Below are positions 14,647 to 25,547 of a stretch of DNA of 64,000 bases, in pieces. Positions within the stretch are counted from its first letter, which is position 1. Each line of letters opens with the position of its first letter. Under the pieces are notes generated by a model. The model did no database searches. It had not been told where the DNA came from and worked only from the letters and a program-made list of their open reading frames with translations. Both the position numbers and the translations under genes were made by a program. The stretch lies in NCBI GenBank assembly GCA_964016885.1, contig OZ024742.1:212474001-212538000 (forward strand), read 5' to 3'. The stretch is from Eledone cirrhosa. Taxonomy: Eukaryota.

Positions 14647-15197
14647 TGTTGTGTTAATACTTCTATATATATAATCATTTGATGTTAGTTTTCCCTGCTA
14701 TATAAATAAGATCTTGTTTTTGACAGGATGGATAAACTGCACAATGATTTTAATTATTCATGCAAATATAAAAATATATTTTAGGTAATTTCTAAGACAG
14801 AATTCTTTAAAATTTGATGCAATAAGATAATTTGTATTATTTTTTGGTAACTGAAAAATAAAGTATTAAAAAATAATAATAAATAATTCAAATAATTCTG
14901 GAACTTAAAATAATTAGGTACAAAATGTATGAAAAAAAAATTTTTTAGATGTTTTTTATGTTTTAAGCAGTTGTGCAACAACTGCTTTACCTAGTTCAAT
15001 TTAATCCACATAAACTATTTGCTTAGAAGATTTAGATTAACGTACCAGTAAACCACTTACCGATAACACATCATTTTAATCCCAAGAGCTTACCATGATA
15101 ATGACAACAATGTTACAGAAGTAAGCACTAGGAATGACCAAACTAGGCTAGTTTCAAAATGAACTAATGAATTATAGCAGTGAGTTTCATACTTTAC

Positions 15198-15206
15198 CAA
15201 GTTCAG
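15198..15206 (-). CDS. Candidate 9-nt microexon (A-E-L)
   Basis: ctaat branch-like motif, pyrimidine tract attctcctgtcttacttgaacAG, exon ctgaacttg, donor GTaaag. Frame-preserving in phase 1. Confidence 0.3.
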
Positions 15207-15532
15207 CTGTTCAAGTAAGACAGGAGAATATTAGTGAGACATTTACATTTAACATTAGTTATCAAGTTAATTGTAAAGAAAAATAATAAATCATCTGGGA
15301 TAAAGTTACATTGTTCATAAATGAGAAAAATGTGCAAAACAAGAGCATTATTCAATAGCAATAGTAAGATCAGTAGATATATAAACATCTTGGAAAGAAT
15401 AACAAAGATTAATTTCCTTCTTTTCCACAATGAATACACAGATGAGTTGTCAATAAATATATTTTGGTCTTTACTGTATTTTAATACAATAAAAAAAAAA
15501 AGATTTATTTGTGGACAACCTTAGGTATATAT

Positions 15533-16104
15533 TTTGAGTATATGTTGGTTGTATACCAACACCTCAGTATGCAGGCTGGAGCACTTGACGAAGTGCGCAG
15601 GTTGGTTTGGTTACTCCGGAGTAATGTAAAATAAAGTAAAATAAATAAGTCAAATGTTTAAAATTTAGCTTTGTTTATTACTGCTATATATATTTCGGTG
15701 ACAGCCATCTTTGGCTGTGACCTCTTCAGGCAGTCCGAATTAGTGTGGTATAGACAAGTACATATGTTGTTGAGGTGTATAATTTTGTCAATACTCTGAT
15801 ATGCCCAGTTCCTGGTTGGGTTGTTATTTCACTGAGGAACTGGAACCATATGAATTCAAACAAACGTTTGTTTGAATTCATATGGTTCCAGTTCCTCAGT
15901 GAAATAACAACCCAACCAGGAACTGGGCATATCAGAGTATTGACAAAATTATACACCTCAACAACATATGTACTTGTCTATACCACACTAATTCGGACTG
16001 CCTGAAGAGGTCACAGCCAAAGATGGCTGTCACCGAAATATATATAGCAGTAATAAACGAAGCTAAATTTTAAACATTTGACTTATTTATTTTACTTTAT
16101 TTTA
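15533..16104. mobile_element. Hammerhead-bearing fold-back element, family H1 (478-bp palindrome at 15627-16104, no spacer)
   Basis: Arms of about 239 bp are symmetric around 15865/15866 (caaac|gtttg), with one mismatch seen. An unpaired tail runs 15533-15626. Further copies lie at 19341 and 61404. Confidence 0.85.
15997..16051 (+). ncRNA. Minimal hammerhead ribozyme H1 (mirror copy at 15680-15734, minus strand)
   Basis: actgc CTGAAGA ggt-c-acagcc aaagat ggctgt-c-acc GAAA tatata TA gcagt. Intact core with paired stems I and II. Confidence 0.85.
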
Positions 16105-16116
16105 TATATATATATA

Positions 16117-16462
16117 CAGTGTCCCCCCCGACATTTGCAGTCCCGGTTATTCGTGGAATTATCCTTAGAACCTAAATAATAATTGTCTATGAAACCACTG
16201 CATATTCACAGAATCGTAAATATCTTCCGCGATTTTTTTAATGGCTTTTTTGGTGGCAAATATATTTTTTAACACTAAATTATTAATAACAATATACCGT
16301 ATTTGCTGGCCCTTCGCATAAGACACTCTTTTTTTAAATTATATTTTACATTAAATTTTCACGTTCATAGCCATTTCTATGGACCACATCCAAAATTCGC
16401 AGTTTTTTACTCTTTGTGCGTGCTCTAGGAATGTAACTCCCACGAGTACCGGGGGACAGCTG
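16117..16462. mobile_element. Non-autonomous Tc1/mariner-pogo (Tigger-like) MITE
   Basis: TA|CAGTGTCCCCCC at the left and GGGGGACAGCTG|TA at the right: imperfect terminal inverted repeats with TA flanks. Confidence 0.65.
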
Positions 16463-16464
16463 TA

Positions 16465-16503
<39 letters not shown>

Positions 16504-17386
16504 TCTTTCTATAACATTGGGTACTGAAAATCAAATAATAGATTAAATGAAAAGAAACATTTTTTTTTAAATATACAAAAAATAAAAATATATCATTGCA
16601 CTTTTTTAATTCAATTTATTCAACTTCTCCCAAATAAATAGAATGTAATTAAATTAATGTTATTTCCAAATACTTTACAATAATTCAATTTTAATTTTAA
16701 ATTTAGAGCTGAATGGTATTCTATTTTCAGTACATATATCAAAAATACAAGATGTAAAATTATTTTTAGACATGAAGACATATTAAACCGGAAAAAAATT
16801 AAAATGTTTGAAAAAAATTCAATTGAGTATGGATAAAATTTAAAAGCAATCTAAATTACTCTTAATACAATGATATAAATAAAAACAAAGTCTATTCTAA
16901 TATAGAGTTTATTAACATCTCTTCATAGTTATTTTGTTTTCCAATCAATTTACTGATTGATTTACACACATACATACATACATATACACATATATATCTT
17001 GCCAAATGAAATGGCAAACAGATAGTACACTACCATACTTAGTACACATATCTTTCATGTTAATAAATAACATGAAATTATGTAACGGATTTATTACTTC
17101 ATAATTTTGTTTCTACTCCCTGATCTCCAAGTTTATATTTATGTTAATAGGACTAGTTTTATTTCATTTTATTCTCCCGTTTTGAAATGTATATACATAT
17201 ATATATTGTATATAATATATATTGTATATATATATATATAAATGAAGATGATGATGATGATGATATATATTGTTGATATGTATGTATGTATATATACAGT
17301 GAAAACTTTCACGGGAACAAAAACAGAGAGGCAATACAAATAAAAGTTTATTAGGTTCACGCTCTTGAGAGTAGGGGAGTGGGGAA

Positions 17387-17416
17387 CGACGTTTCGGGCA
17401 TAGGCCCTTCATCAGG
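17387..17416 (-). ncRNA. Penelope-type hammerhead core with decayed stem I, within a 3'-terminal fragment at about 17295-17715
   Basis: CTGATGA a gggc ctat gccc GAAA cg TC. AATAAA and a TA tract follow downstream on the minus strand. Confidence 0.6.
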
Positions 17417-18210
17417 AGAAAAGTGGGTAGGAAGAGAGTTCTGAGGGTGTGTGGGGGAGTGGTGGAGAGACATTTAGAGAAAAAATGGTGGAAGGGGTAC
17501 AAATAAAAATAAACAAAGATAAACAAGTGGTGGAAGGGTGTGAGGTGTGTAGGGGTGGTGGCGGGTGGAGTAGGGAGAGGGAGGTCCGAGCGGGGAGGGC
17601 TGAAGGAGGTGTTTGTGTATGTGTGTGTGTGAGAGTTGGGGGAAGAATGAGGTTCCATGTTCAGGAAAAGGTGTGCACGTGGGGTGGGTGTAGGTCGGTG
17701 TGTGCTTGCGTGTAGAAGTATATTACATAACTCTATCACGACCTCTACCGATTAATGATAGAACGTAGGTAACTATTAGCTGTCAACATCAAAGGGCTAA
17801 TTCCTTCGCCAACAGAATATTTGACCCAACATAGTCATCTATTCCCATTTTTGCTTATAGCTAATAAGTTAAATAGTTAAAGCTAACTTAGATGATTATA
17901 AGTTACCTCCGTGACATTGTCTCTCACTTAAACTGATTAGCACTTCTTAACTATAAACAACCCACAATTTCTAATTTCTCAAGGAGTTACTTCCCCTGAA
18001 ACCACCCTCTAATTAGTAAGATAAATATGTCCTTTGGTGGCCATCTTGTTACCCATAGGCAGATCTCACATAATGCAGCCTCGACAGAAGAATATTGCTC
18101 GCCTATGGCAGACAATAGATATACCCAGGACACCATAGTGAAGTACCAATATATGGAACAATACATTCATGCAACCATCTTTTTTTACCTTAATTTATAT
18201 TCCTTTTGAA

Positions 18211-18329
18211 GTTCCGATGAACTGCTCCAATTTTACCTAAGTTAATTATCTTCAACTGAACCAGATCAATAATGATCTATAATCATTTGATCCAGAAACA
18301 TTATATGGAGTAGCGAAACAATTGTAAAC
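18211..18329 (+). ncRNA. Hammerhead-like motif with a 76-nt loop 2, in a probable Penelope 3' remnant (about 17720-18620)
   Basis: gtt CCGATGA a-ctgctcca [76 nt] tggagtag-c GAAA caattg TA aac. The core carries a U4-to-C change. Confidence 0.55.
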
Positions 18330-18760
18330 GGACACTGATAGTATTATTATTATTATTATTATTCTTTACATTCCTTACATTAAACTAAAACTATGTTGAC
18401 AATCTTTAAATAATGTCTTCCTTGTGAAATTTGGGGTTTTGTTTGGCTTAACTAATGAATATTTTCAGCTCAGTGCACCTAACCTCTGCATGAACCCAGC
18501 CACCTAGCTGCCTACCACTACATATTGCACATTGAGCACATGCCTTTACGCTTTGGCTTCTAACTAATTCACCAATCTCTCTTCTCCTCTCCTATCTCTT
18601 TAAGATTGGGTACTCTTGAACTGTGTATATATATATATATAAATGAAGTATTTCCGTTGGAAAGGTTCAGGAAAAATAAATATATATGTATTATATATAT
18701 ATATACATACATATTGTATATATATATATATATATATATTTATTATTATTACTATATATA

Positions 18761-18795
<35 letters not shown>

Positions 18796-19054
18796 ATAAT
18801 AATAAATTATATATATATATATACATACATATTGTATATATATATAGTAATAATAAATTCTATATATATATATTATATATACACATTATATATATATATA
18901 TTATATATACACATTATATATATATATAGTAATAATAAATTCTATATATATATATTATATATACACATTATATATATATATATATATACACATTATATCT
19001 ATATATATACACATTATATATATATATATATATACACATTATATATATACACAT

Positions 19055-19094
<40 letters not shown>

Positions 19095-19110
19095 TTATAT
19101 ATATACACAT

Positions 19111-19174
<64 letters not shown>

Positions 19175-19274
19175 CACATTATATATATATATATATACAC
19201 ATTATATATATATATACACATTATATATATATATATATATACACATTATATATATATATATATTATATATACAC

Positions 19275-19340
<66 letters not shown>

Positions 19341-19345
<5 letters not shown>

Positions 19346-19734
19346 AGTTTATGTTGGTTGTATACCAACACCTCAGTATGCAGGCTGGAGCACTCGACGA
19401 AGTGCGCAGGTTGGTTTGGTTACTCCGGAGTAGTGTAAAATAAAGTTAAATAAAAGTCAAATGATTAAAATTTAGCTTCGTTTATTACTGCTATATATAT
19501 TTCAGTGACAGCCATCTTTGGCTGTGACCTCTTCAGGCAGTTTGAATTAGTATGGTATAGACAAGAGTATATCAGAGTATTGACAATATTATACACCTAA
19601 CAACATATGTACTTGTCTATACCATACTAATTCAAACTGCCTGAAGAGGTCACAGCCAAAGATGGCTGTCACTGAAATATATATAGCAGTAATAAACGAA
19701 GCTAAATTCTAATCATTTGACTTTTATTTAACTT

Positions 19735-19742
<8 letters not shown>
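19341..19742. mobile_element. H1 fold-back element, second copy (hammerheads at 19636-19690 plus and 19487-19541 minus)
   Basis: Same tail and ribozyme as the 15533 copy. Arms at about 19436-19566 and 19612-19742 with a spacer of about 45 nt, embedded in a TA tract. Confidence 0.85.
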
Positions 19743-19778
<36 letters not shown>

Positions 19779-19817
19779 TATACATTATATATATATATAT
19801 ATAATATATATATACAT

Positions 19818-19850
<33 letters not shown>

Positions 19851-19914
19851 TTATATATATATATATATAATATATATATACATATATATATGTATATATA
19901 TAATATATACACAT

Positions 19915-19947
<33 letters not shown>

Positions 19948-20039
19948 TTATATATATATATATATAATATATACACATTATATAATATATAAACTATATA
20001 TATATAATATATACACTATATATATATATATATATAATG

Positions 20040-20075
<36 letters not shown>

Positions 20076-20110
20076 ATACATTTTATATATATATATATCA
20101 TATATTTATG

Positions 20111-20340
20111 AAAATAACAGATTAAAGTTAAAGCAAAGAATCGCTGCATTCACCCTTAACGGGATGTTTTTTTTTCAGTTTCAGAAGATCCTGTTAAGGG
20201 TGAAAGCAGCAATTCTTCACTTAAACTTTAATCTGTTATTTTTAATAAATATTTGCTCTAGGGTTCTTATGTATTTGATATATATTTATCCTTATCGAGC
20301 CCTCTTTGGATTTTAGTCTCCATATTTATTATTATTACTA
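20111..20340. repeat. Degenerate fold-back element with a decayed hammerhead-like core
   Basis: Arms at 20111-20165 and 20188-20242. CAGAAGA tcctgttaagggt GAAA resembles the Penelope core at 14612. Confidence 0.5.
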
Positions 20341-20596
20341 TATATATATATATATATATATACATACATTATATATATACATTATATATATATATATAAT
20401 GTATATGTATATATATTTAGTCTCCATATTTATTATTATTACTATATATATATACACATATACATTATATATACATTTGAGGTTAACTTTGCCTTTCATC
20501 CTTACGGGGTCGATAAAATAAAGTACCAGTAATGTACTGGGTACTTGCTGGCCTTGTGCCTAAAGTAGAAACAATTATATATATATACATATACAT

Positions 20597-21048
20597 TCAT
20601 CATCATCGTTTAACGTCCATCATCCACGCTTGCATGGGTTTGGACGGGAATTTTTCCACTTGAGGCAAGATTGGTTGTCTTGCTCGTATAGGACTGTCTG
20701 GCGGGTTTTCTATGGCTGGATGCCCTTCCTAACACCAACCACGTTTACAGTGTGGACTGGGAGGTTTTTACCGTGTTACCTACACGGCCACATTACAGCG
20801 TGGACTGTGTGTTTTTTGTCGTGACACCTACATCACCTCATTTGTTTCGGACTGGATGTTGTGGTACCAACATAACTTTACATTGAAAGGGGTGGTGTGG
20901 ATGGGGTGGGGGTAGTGGGACGGGGGTGTATTTTTGTTAGAGGTGCCTACTGACTGTAGGTTTCGCTTTGTACATAGGCAAGGCAGGTCTTCTGAATTAC
21001 TGCGGCAAAGATCTCGGTCCAGTGACATTGTCTTAGAGAGGTGCAAGT
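20597..21048 (-). mobile_element. RTE subfamily A-like 3' fragment
   Basis: Reverse complement matches about 36820-37260, with (CAT)n at 20597. Confidence 0.85.
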
Positions 21049-21207
21049 ATGGTCACCAAAGGAGAAGAAGATAACTATCTGCATTTACAAAGCAAATGCA
21101 AATCTGTGAATGACTCGAACCACGTGTTGCACTTTTAAACTACATGTTGCATATTCCAGTACGTTTATGCTTTGCCGTTCACGTATGTTACTATTACACA
21201 TCCATAT

Positions 21208-21238
<31 letters not shown>

Positions 21239-21240
21239 CA

Positions 21241-21418
21241 TTCCACTGCAAAGTGGTCGTGGAGGTGCCACGGCAAAAAAGCACCCAGCACTCACTGTAA
21301 ATGAGGTTGGTGTTAGGAAAGGCATCCAGCTGTAGAAATCAAGCCAGAATCAGTTCCCGTCCCACCCTTGCAAGCAGGGAAAAGTGGACGTAAAATGATG
21401 ATGATGATGATGATGATA
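21241..21418 (+). mobile_element. Chimeric RTE 3' fragment (subfamily B UTR joined to subfamily C terminus)
   Basis: First part matches 49983-50143. The end, cccgtcccacccttgcaagcagggaaaag..gacgtaaaa(tga)n, matches 54919-54974. Confidence 0.75.
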
Positions 21419-21489
21419 TATATATATATACACACACACACATAATATATTTACATATACACCAATTAAACAAAGTCACAGATATATAT

Positions 21490-21920
21490 GTGTTTTGGCA
21501 ACTATTCACGATGTGGCTCAATGAAGAATTAATAAATTAAATAATCAGAGCAAAATACTATAAAATAAAGTATGTCCATAGAATCATTTGATAATATATA
21601 TATACATCATTTCTTCTTTTCTAGGGATTTAGTCCTGATATGTATATAAGCATTTCTAACTTTAATTTTATACCTAATTGTGTATGGTTGACTGTAAATT
21701 TAATTAATTTCCACGTGCTGTTGAAATGTTGGGTAAATATTCTTTAGCGGTTGGCCGCGAAGACGCTGCTATCGTTTATTTATTTACTGTTTCTTCATAG
21801 GAGCTTTTTAATCTTATAGCCTGGTCTAATTGATTTTTTGTGTGGTTAATTATGCTAATTGGGAGAAGAAATGATGTATATATATTATCAAATGATTCTA
21901 TGGATATGCTTTACTTTATA
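21490..21920 (-). mobile_element. Decayed Penelope-like 3' fragment with a short inverted duplication
   Basis: Inverted repeat at 21559-21616 and 21864-21920. The inner minus frame ends HFNSTW..KLEMLIYISGLNP*, like a GIY-YIG C-terminus. Confidence 0.45.
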
Positions 21921-22017
21921 TTATATATATATATATATACATATACATATTATATATATATATTCAAGCGGACGTACAATGATGATGATGATGATATTAT
22001 AAATATATATATATATA

Positions 22018-22445
22018 CAATATATTAATAAATCGAAACTATATTTATAAAACCAGAATTATTTTATTATATATATTTCAAGGGCAACCAAGGCAATCTT
22101 GGTGCGCTTTCATCAGATAAAATACAAAATTTGTTTTATAAATAGTGACATAACCGTGGAAAACAACCTTGGCGGTTGAAAATTCCAGCGAATTTTCAAC
22201 CGTCAAGGTTGTTTTCCACGGTTATGTCAGTATTTATAAAACAAATTTTGTATTTTATCTGATGAAAGCGCACCAAGATTGCCTTGGTTGCCCTTGAAAT
22301 ATATATAATAAAATAATTCTGGTTTTATAAATATAGTTTCCATTTATTAATATATTGAATATTTACTCCAGTAAACTGTTGAATGCTCTATATCAGTTAT
22401 AAACTTTTAAGTTTGTTGGAATCCCAACAAATTAAATATAACTTC

Positions 22446-22450
<5 letters not shown>
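22018..22450. mobile_element. Hammerhead-bearing fold-back element H2a (340-bp palindrome at 22018-22357, 4-nt loop)
   Basis: Hammerhead at 22251-22315 (plus; mirror 22060-22124): tattttat CTGATGA aag-c-gcaccaag attgc cttggttgc-c-ctt GAAA tatata TA ataaaata. The tail ends aacttctgca(TA)n. Confidence 0.85.
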
Positions 22451-22486
<36 letters not shown>

Positions 22487-22753
22487 TATATATATATGTA
22501 TGACTGTGTTTTCCAAGGTAGAAAATATATGAAGTTTTTAAACTTACAAGGTTTAGACACTTTTCAAAATCATTTATAAATACTTCAAAACAGACATATT
22601 AGAATGTTAGGTGTGTATGTATATATATATACACATACACGCACATAAATGTATAAATTCCATAAAAACCTGCAACAGAATAAGGAAACAAACAAGGTTT
22701 ATGAAAAGTCTATGGAGGAAAAAAAAACAGACATAAAATATATATTATGTTAC

Positions 22754-22831
22754 CTTCAAATGTATCATCTCCTTCAGTCATCAACTCATCATCTGAACAG
22801 ATATTAAGGACGTTTACTAACATCTCTGTGA
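22754..22831 (-). CDS. PPP3CA: Calcineurin A exon (78 nt, phase 1 to 1)
   Basis: ttacAG|[28 protein letters not shown]|GTaaca. End of the CnB-binding helix and the acidic linker. Confidence 0.96.
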
Positions 22832-23289
22832 CTGTAAAGAGACAAAAGGGAATAATTTCATTACTTTAGTAGTTATACTTTAATATTGAACCAATTGAGG
22901 GAAATTGTTGTTGATAATATGAATAAAATAAATTTCTTGTGGAAACATTAACAAATCTGTACCAAACAAATTGAAGAAAATAATGTTTACTAATAATTTC
23001 TAACATAAGCATAAAGCCAGAAATTTTTGGGGAGTGAGAATAGTTTATTATATTGACCTCCAATACTTCATTAATACTTATTTTATCAACCTTTGGAGGA
23101 TAATTATGCAAATTTGAATAGTAATAATAATAATAATAACAATAATACTGACACTAATAAGATACTATACTAAAATCTAGTATATGTGGGTATAAAATAT
23201 CTCTTAAGGTAAAGTTCACATACTCTTAAGGTAAAGTTCAAATATCCCAGCATCATTTGTATAGATGCATAAAGTGAATATAGAACAAA

Positions 23290-23590
23290 TACAAGTAACA
23301 CTGTATATACACCTTCATCATTCAACCTCCTCTATAGGGTATACAATGTATATACCTCCATCATTAAAACTTTCCTCTATAGGGTGTACAATGTATATAT
23401 ACCTATATCATTAATTATCCTCTGTAGGTTGTACGATGTATACATACCTTCACCATCATCCTCTTTAGGTTGTACAATGTATATATACTTCCATCATCAT
23501 CCTCTACAGGGTGTATAATGTGTATATATCTTCATCATCATCATCCTGTATAGAATGTACAATGATATATACCACCATCATCATCCTTTA
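23290..23590. repeat. Degenerate minisatellite of about 39 bp, about 8 units
   Basis: Unit approximately TGTACAATGTATATACCTCCATCATCATCCTCTATAGGG. Confidence 0.8.
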
Positions 23591-24060
23591 TACTTCCATT
23601 ATTCCATATTTGGATGGGTTGGATGGGTCTTTACCAGGACAGCCTCCCTCCACATGTTGTGCTCTATTGTCACTCCTTCTGTGAAGTTGTTTTGAGATCC
23701 ACTCTCATCACCCCATCCCTGGGTTTTCCTTGGCCTTTATTACAGTTTTGTTCCACAGAGAGCTCCTAGCACTTCTTCACCCACTGATCATCTTCTATGC
23801 ACATCACATGGCCATATGAGCCCAGATTTCTCTCTTTTACAACACAAATAATTCCTCTGATACTCAGTGCTCTCTCAGCTTATTCATGTTTCACTGTTTA
23901 TGTACATTAACATCACACATTCATTGAAGTATGTCTGCCTCATTTCTCTCCAACCTTTGCATATCCTCTACATTTACTACCCATGTTTCACTTCCATGCC
24001 ACACTGCACTTAGCAAGCAGGCATCATATAGGCAACTTTGGCCTCCATTTTATGGAAACT
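23575..24060 (-). mobile_element. Old degenerate RTE 3' fragment
   Basis: Decayed LYDAC..HGSETW..LERNEA coding remnant on the minus strand. Confidence 0.7.
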
Positions 24061-24559
24061 ATTTGCCAGGAAATGAATGGCTAAATAAAACTGGCCTTTC
24101 TTTGTGGAAGAAAAAAAACTTCTGTGAAGGTTCTACTACATATGTATCTCAGAGTACCTCAAAGTTCCTTCATAGATGAGAACTGTGAATGGTTCCCAAG
24201 AAATCTGACATATATACTGCCTAAAAACATTAAAGGTATGATCACAAAATAGACAGGAAGTTTGAGCCAAACCAAATTCCACTTCTCATTTTCTAAAACT
24301 TTTTGTTTCATATTACAAGAATATGGGCAAAACCATCATCTGAGTGTATTTTAAACATGTAAACTATGACAAGATTAAATCTGGTTGCAACTTAAAACTA
24401 AGTAAGAATGACTTTTAGAATTGATTTACCGTTTATGCTGAGATAACACAATATTTTATAACAATTATATTTTTAACAATGGCATTAAAAACAGATTTGC
24501 CCTCCACAAAAAAACAAAACAAAACAAGAACAAATACTTCAAAACATTTATATGCTGTT

Positions 24560-24850
24560 GTCATTGTTTTGGGCAAGAAACTCACAAGTGAGGAGAGCTC
24601 GGTGACAGGGTGCATTGTTGTCACGAAGAATCCAATTCTTCGTGCTTCACACCTCAAACATTGCAGTAGAATTCTCGATGTACAATACCGCGGATGTTGA
24701 AAAAAACGATGAGTATGCTCTTGATTGAGCTGCGGCTCTGTCGTGACCTCTTTGTGGTTGTGGAGAGGAATGGCTTTTCTATTGTGTCGACTGCTGATTT
24801 GTCTCAGGGTTGTACCTGGGGATGATCCTTGACATGAAGGATGGGTCATC
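24560..24850 (-). pseudogene. Mariner transposase remnant
   Basis: Minus frames give YNPETNQQSTQ*KSHSSP, SILIVFFNIRGIVHREF and NWILRDNNAPCHRALLTCEFL, matching mariner YDPE..SxxW and HDNAxxH motifs. Confidence 0.8.
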
Positions 24851-24934
24851 AGCGGGAAATTTAGCATGCAGGTTGGTGTCTACCAGGGCTCTGTTCTTAG
24901 CCCTCTTCTGTTTATTATCATACTACAGGCTATA

Positions 24935-25547
24935 TGTCAGGTCGCCAGTTGGTGCTACTGGTAACATGTACCCTAGTACAACTTGTCTCATGGTCGGGTC
25001 GTTGGCGACTAAACTGGCAACCCCACCAAGGTTTCTTGGTGAGGAGGGTGACTTTGGACATCCTGCAGGACTAAAAACAAAACCTGTCAAAGGGCAAAAG
25101 AGCTCTTAAGAGTCAATGACCATCCAAAATCACTGGCAGAGATGACCCCTTAGCCTTTGTCAAGGCAGAATTCTAGGAGAAGGAAAACTCTGATATAACA
25201 CCTGCAACCCTGATGGTATCCAATGATGTTGACTTGTTCTTCTTTTTGGTAAATATCATCTTGGTTAAGAGAGTGGGACTGGCTTTGTGCAGTGCCTTTG
25301 CTCACTATAAAAGCTTCACGGCACAGGCATTGCTTTATATCTGGAGATCTCTCTGCACTTGTCGTCACATGGTACCATGGGCCCAGCACTATGTGTCAAT
25401 AATTGTCACAAGTGTAGTGTTTGTACCAGAGTTTTCAAGTCGCTGGCTGGACTAAAAAGTCACACTCATTCAGTGCATCGGTAGGAGGTTCTCCTACATG
25501 GATATAAAGTAGTGGCTGTACTCGAAAACGAGTTGGCAGCCACTATA
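24935..25547 (+). mobile_element. Bipartite non-autonomous RTE-type element with an 11-bp target-site duplication
   Basis: TACAGGCTATA is duplicated at 24924-24934 and 25548-25558, splitting an older RTE RT sequence. The 3' part encodes CSVCTRVFKSLAGLKSHTHSVHR* (C2H2) and ends in a hairpin. Confidence 0.75.

Larger units (their letters stand above)
13205..14663 (+). mobile_element. 5'-truncated Penelope-like element (Naiad-like) with an inverted copy of its 3' end at the 5' side
   Basis: 13475-14435 encodes the RT end (VDFLDI..YIHKDSCHPP..IWFSPP), a CxCx5Cx5C linker (CSCRKPEACPLQQQC) and a GIY-YIG endonuclease (VYEA..YVG..CGLC..LNSRIE..CPH), with a frameshift near 13800 and two stops. 13205-13474 is the reverse complement of 14383-14663. 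Confidence 0.88.
18680..20475. repeat. Complex (TA)n microsatellite (TACACATTATA variant) interrupted by fold-back elements
   Basis: The same variant unit occurs on both sides of the insertions. Confidence 0.9.

Noticed and set aside
9520-15128. Pair of non-symmetric exon candidates (34 nt near 15095-15128 and 47 nt near 9520-9567) that would restore frame together
   Set aside because: It requires two unsupported exons, has no homology, and could easily arise by chance.
15726-16005. Two identical 76-aa ORFs on opposite strands
   Set aside because: This follows automatically from the palindrome, and there is no protein motif.
24935-25025. Possible HDV-like ribozyme at the 5' end of the bipartite element (GGCGACTAA motif)
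   Set aside because: RTEs can carry these, but I could not build a consistent P1/P3/P1.1 nested pseudoknot by eye. It needs an RNArobo/Infernal search.
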